Of a stretch of DNA of 64,000 bases, positions 63,092 to 64,000 are shown piece after piece (positions within the stretch are counted from its first letter, which is position 1; each line of letters starts with the position of its first letter). The stretch lies in assembly GCF_053078305.1 (NCBI RefSeq), contig NZ_CP166879.1. The stretch is one strand, 5' to 3'. The position numbers and the translations under genes are program-made. Below the pieces are notes generated by a model, which did not search any database, was not told the origin of the DNA, and worked only from the letters and a program-made list of their open reading frames with translations.

Positions 63092-63281
63092 ACTGCAGGC
63101 GCTGCGTCAGGCGCGCCTTGATTTATTAACCGGTAAACGGGTGGTGTCTGTCCAGAAAGATGGTCGCAGAATTGAATATACGGCGGCCTCTCTGGATGAG
63201 CTTAACCGTGCGATCAATGATGCTGAGTTGGTACTGGGGACAACCCGCCGTCGCCGTCGTCCGCTGGGAGTGAGGTTATGA
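63075..63281 (+). CDS. Head-tail joining protein (lambda gpW-like)
   Basis: 68-aa ORF with TGKRVVSVQKDGRRIEYTAAS matching lambda W. Confidence 0.85.
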   Translation: MVTVAELQALRQARLDLLTGKRVVSVQKDGRRIEYTAASLDELNRAINDAELVLGTTRRRRRPLGVRL

Positions 63282-64000
63282 AACGAACGCCTGTCCTGAT
63301 TGATGTGAACGGCGTTCCGCTTCGGGAGAGCCTAAGCTACAACGGGGGCGGCGCAGGATTTGGCGGGCAAATGGCAGAGTGGTTGCCACCCTCGCAGAGT
63401 GCCGATGCGGCCCTGCTGCCCGCGTTGCGTCTGGGGAATGCCCGTGCAGATGATCTGGTGCGCAATAACGGAATAGCGGCCAATGCGGTGGCCCTGCATA
63501 AGGATCACATTGTCGGGCATATGTTTCTGATTAGCTACCGTCCGAACTGGCGCTGGCTGGGGATGCGGGAGACCGCGGCAAAAAGTTTTGTCGATGAGGT
63601 GGAGGCGGCCTGGTCAGAATACGCAGAAGGGATGTTTGGTGAGATCGACGTGGAAGGGAAACGCACGTTTACGGAATTTATCCGTGAAGGTGTGGGCGTT
63701 CATGCGTTTAACGGCGAAATCTTTGTGCAGCCGGTCTGGGATACGGAGAGCACGCAACTGTTTCGTACGCGTTTTAAAGCCGTGAGTCCGAAACGGGTGG
63801 ACACGCCAGGACACGGTATGGGGAACCGTTTTCTGCGGGCCGGTGTGGAGGTCGATCGATATGGTCGTGCCGTTGCGTACCATATCTGTGAGGATGATTT
63901 TCCTCACTCCGGGAGTGGACGATGGGAACGGATCCCGCGTGAACTTCTCACCGGGCGTCCGGCCATGCTGCATATTTTCGAGCCGGTGGAGGACGGGCAG
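63278..64000 (+). CDS. Portal protein (lambda gpB-like), 5' part; continues beyond window
   Basis: Open frame from ATG 63278 to the window end (not in the track because no stop is reached); NARADDLVRNNG and IHVFEPVEDGQ-type segments match lambda B. Confidence 0.85.
   Translation, partial: MKRTPVLIDVNGVPLRESLSYNGGGAGFGGQMAEWLPPSQSADAALLPALRLGNARADDLVRNNGIAANAVALHKDHIVGHMFLISYRPNWRWLGMRETAAKSFVDEVEAAWSEYAEGMFGEIDVEGKRTFTEFIREGVGVHAFNGEIFVQPVWDTESTQLFRTRFKAVSPKRVDTPGHGMGNRFLRAGVEVDRYGRAVAYHICEDDFPHSGSGRWERIPRELLTGRPAMLHIFEPVEDGQ

Larger units (their letters stand above)
33397..64000. mobile_element. Lambdoid prophage (Qin-type immunity region, phage-21-type lysis, lambda-type cos and head genes), left end at the ydfJ junction, right end beyond window
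   Basis: Contiguous int-xis-exo, dicA/dicC immunity, replication, nin-like, Q, tRNAs, lysis, cos, terminase, W and portal genes in canonical lambdoid order; left boundary approximate. Confidence 0.9.

Overview
The window is an Escherichia coli chromosomal segment in reverse orientation relative to K-12 numbering, followed by a lambdoid prophage. Bases 1-33.3 kb carry the conserved core block fumC(3' end)-tus-rstBA-ydgC-folM-ydgI-ydgH-pntAB-tqsA-mdtJI-ydgD-ydgU-asr-ynfM-ynfL-mlc-ynfK-clcB-dmsD-ynfHGFE-ynfD-ynfC-speG-ynfB-ynfA-rspAB, with a Ter site beside tus and an RstA box upstream of asr. At about 33.4 kb a prophage is inserted into the MHS-transporter gene ydfJ (the K-12 Qin locus) and runs to the window end. 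It appears intact: integrase, excisionase, an exonuclease, a Qin-type immunity module (ydfD/dicB/Rha/DicF-like sRNA/ydfA/dicA/dicC), replication genes with an internal iteron origin, a nin-like region with hokD and a HigB/HigA-like pair, rusA, a Q-like protein, three tRNAs, nanS-p, a phage-21-type lysis cassette, a lambda-type cos site, terminase, W and portal. The most interesting parts are uncharacterised cargo sitting in phage moron hotspots: a 328-aa protein between holin and endolysin; a methyltransferase plus two small membrane ORFs between endolysin and Rz/Rz1; a TerB-domain protein, a small hydrophobic ORF and an AT-rich antisense Cys-rich ORF at the position where Stx phages carry stx; and a DUF4406/HNH cluster. 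All calls are from reading the sequence and recalled homology; no database search was run.
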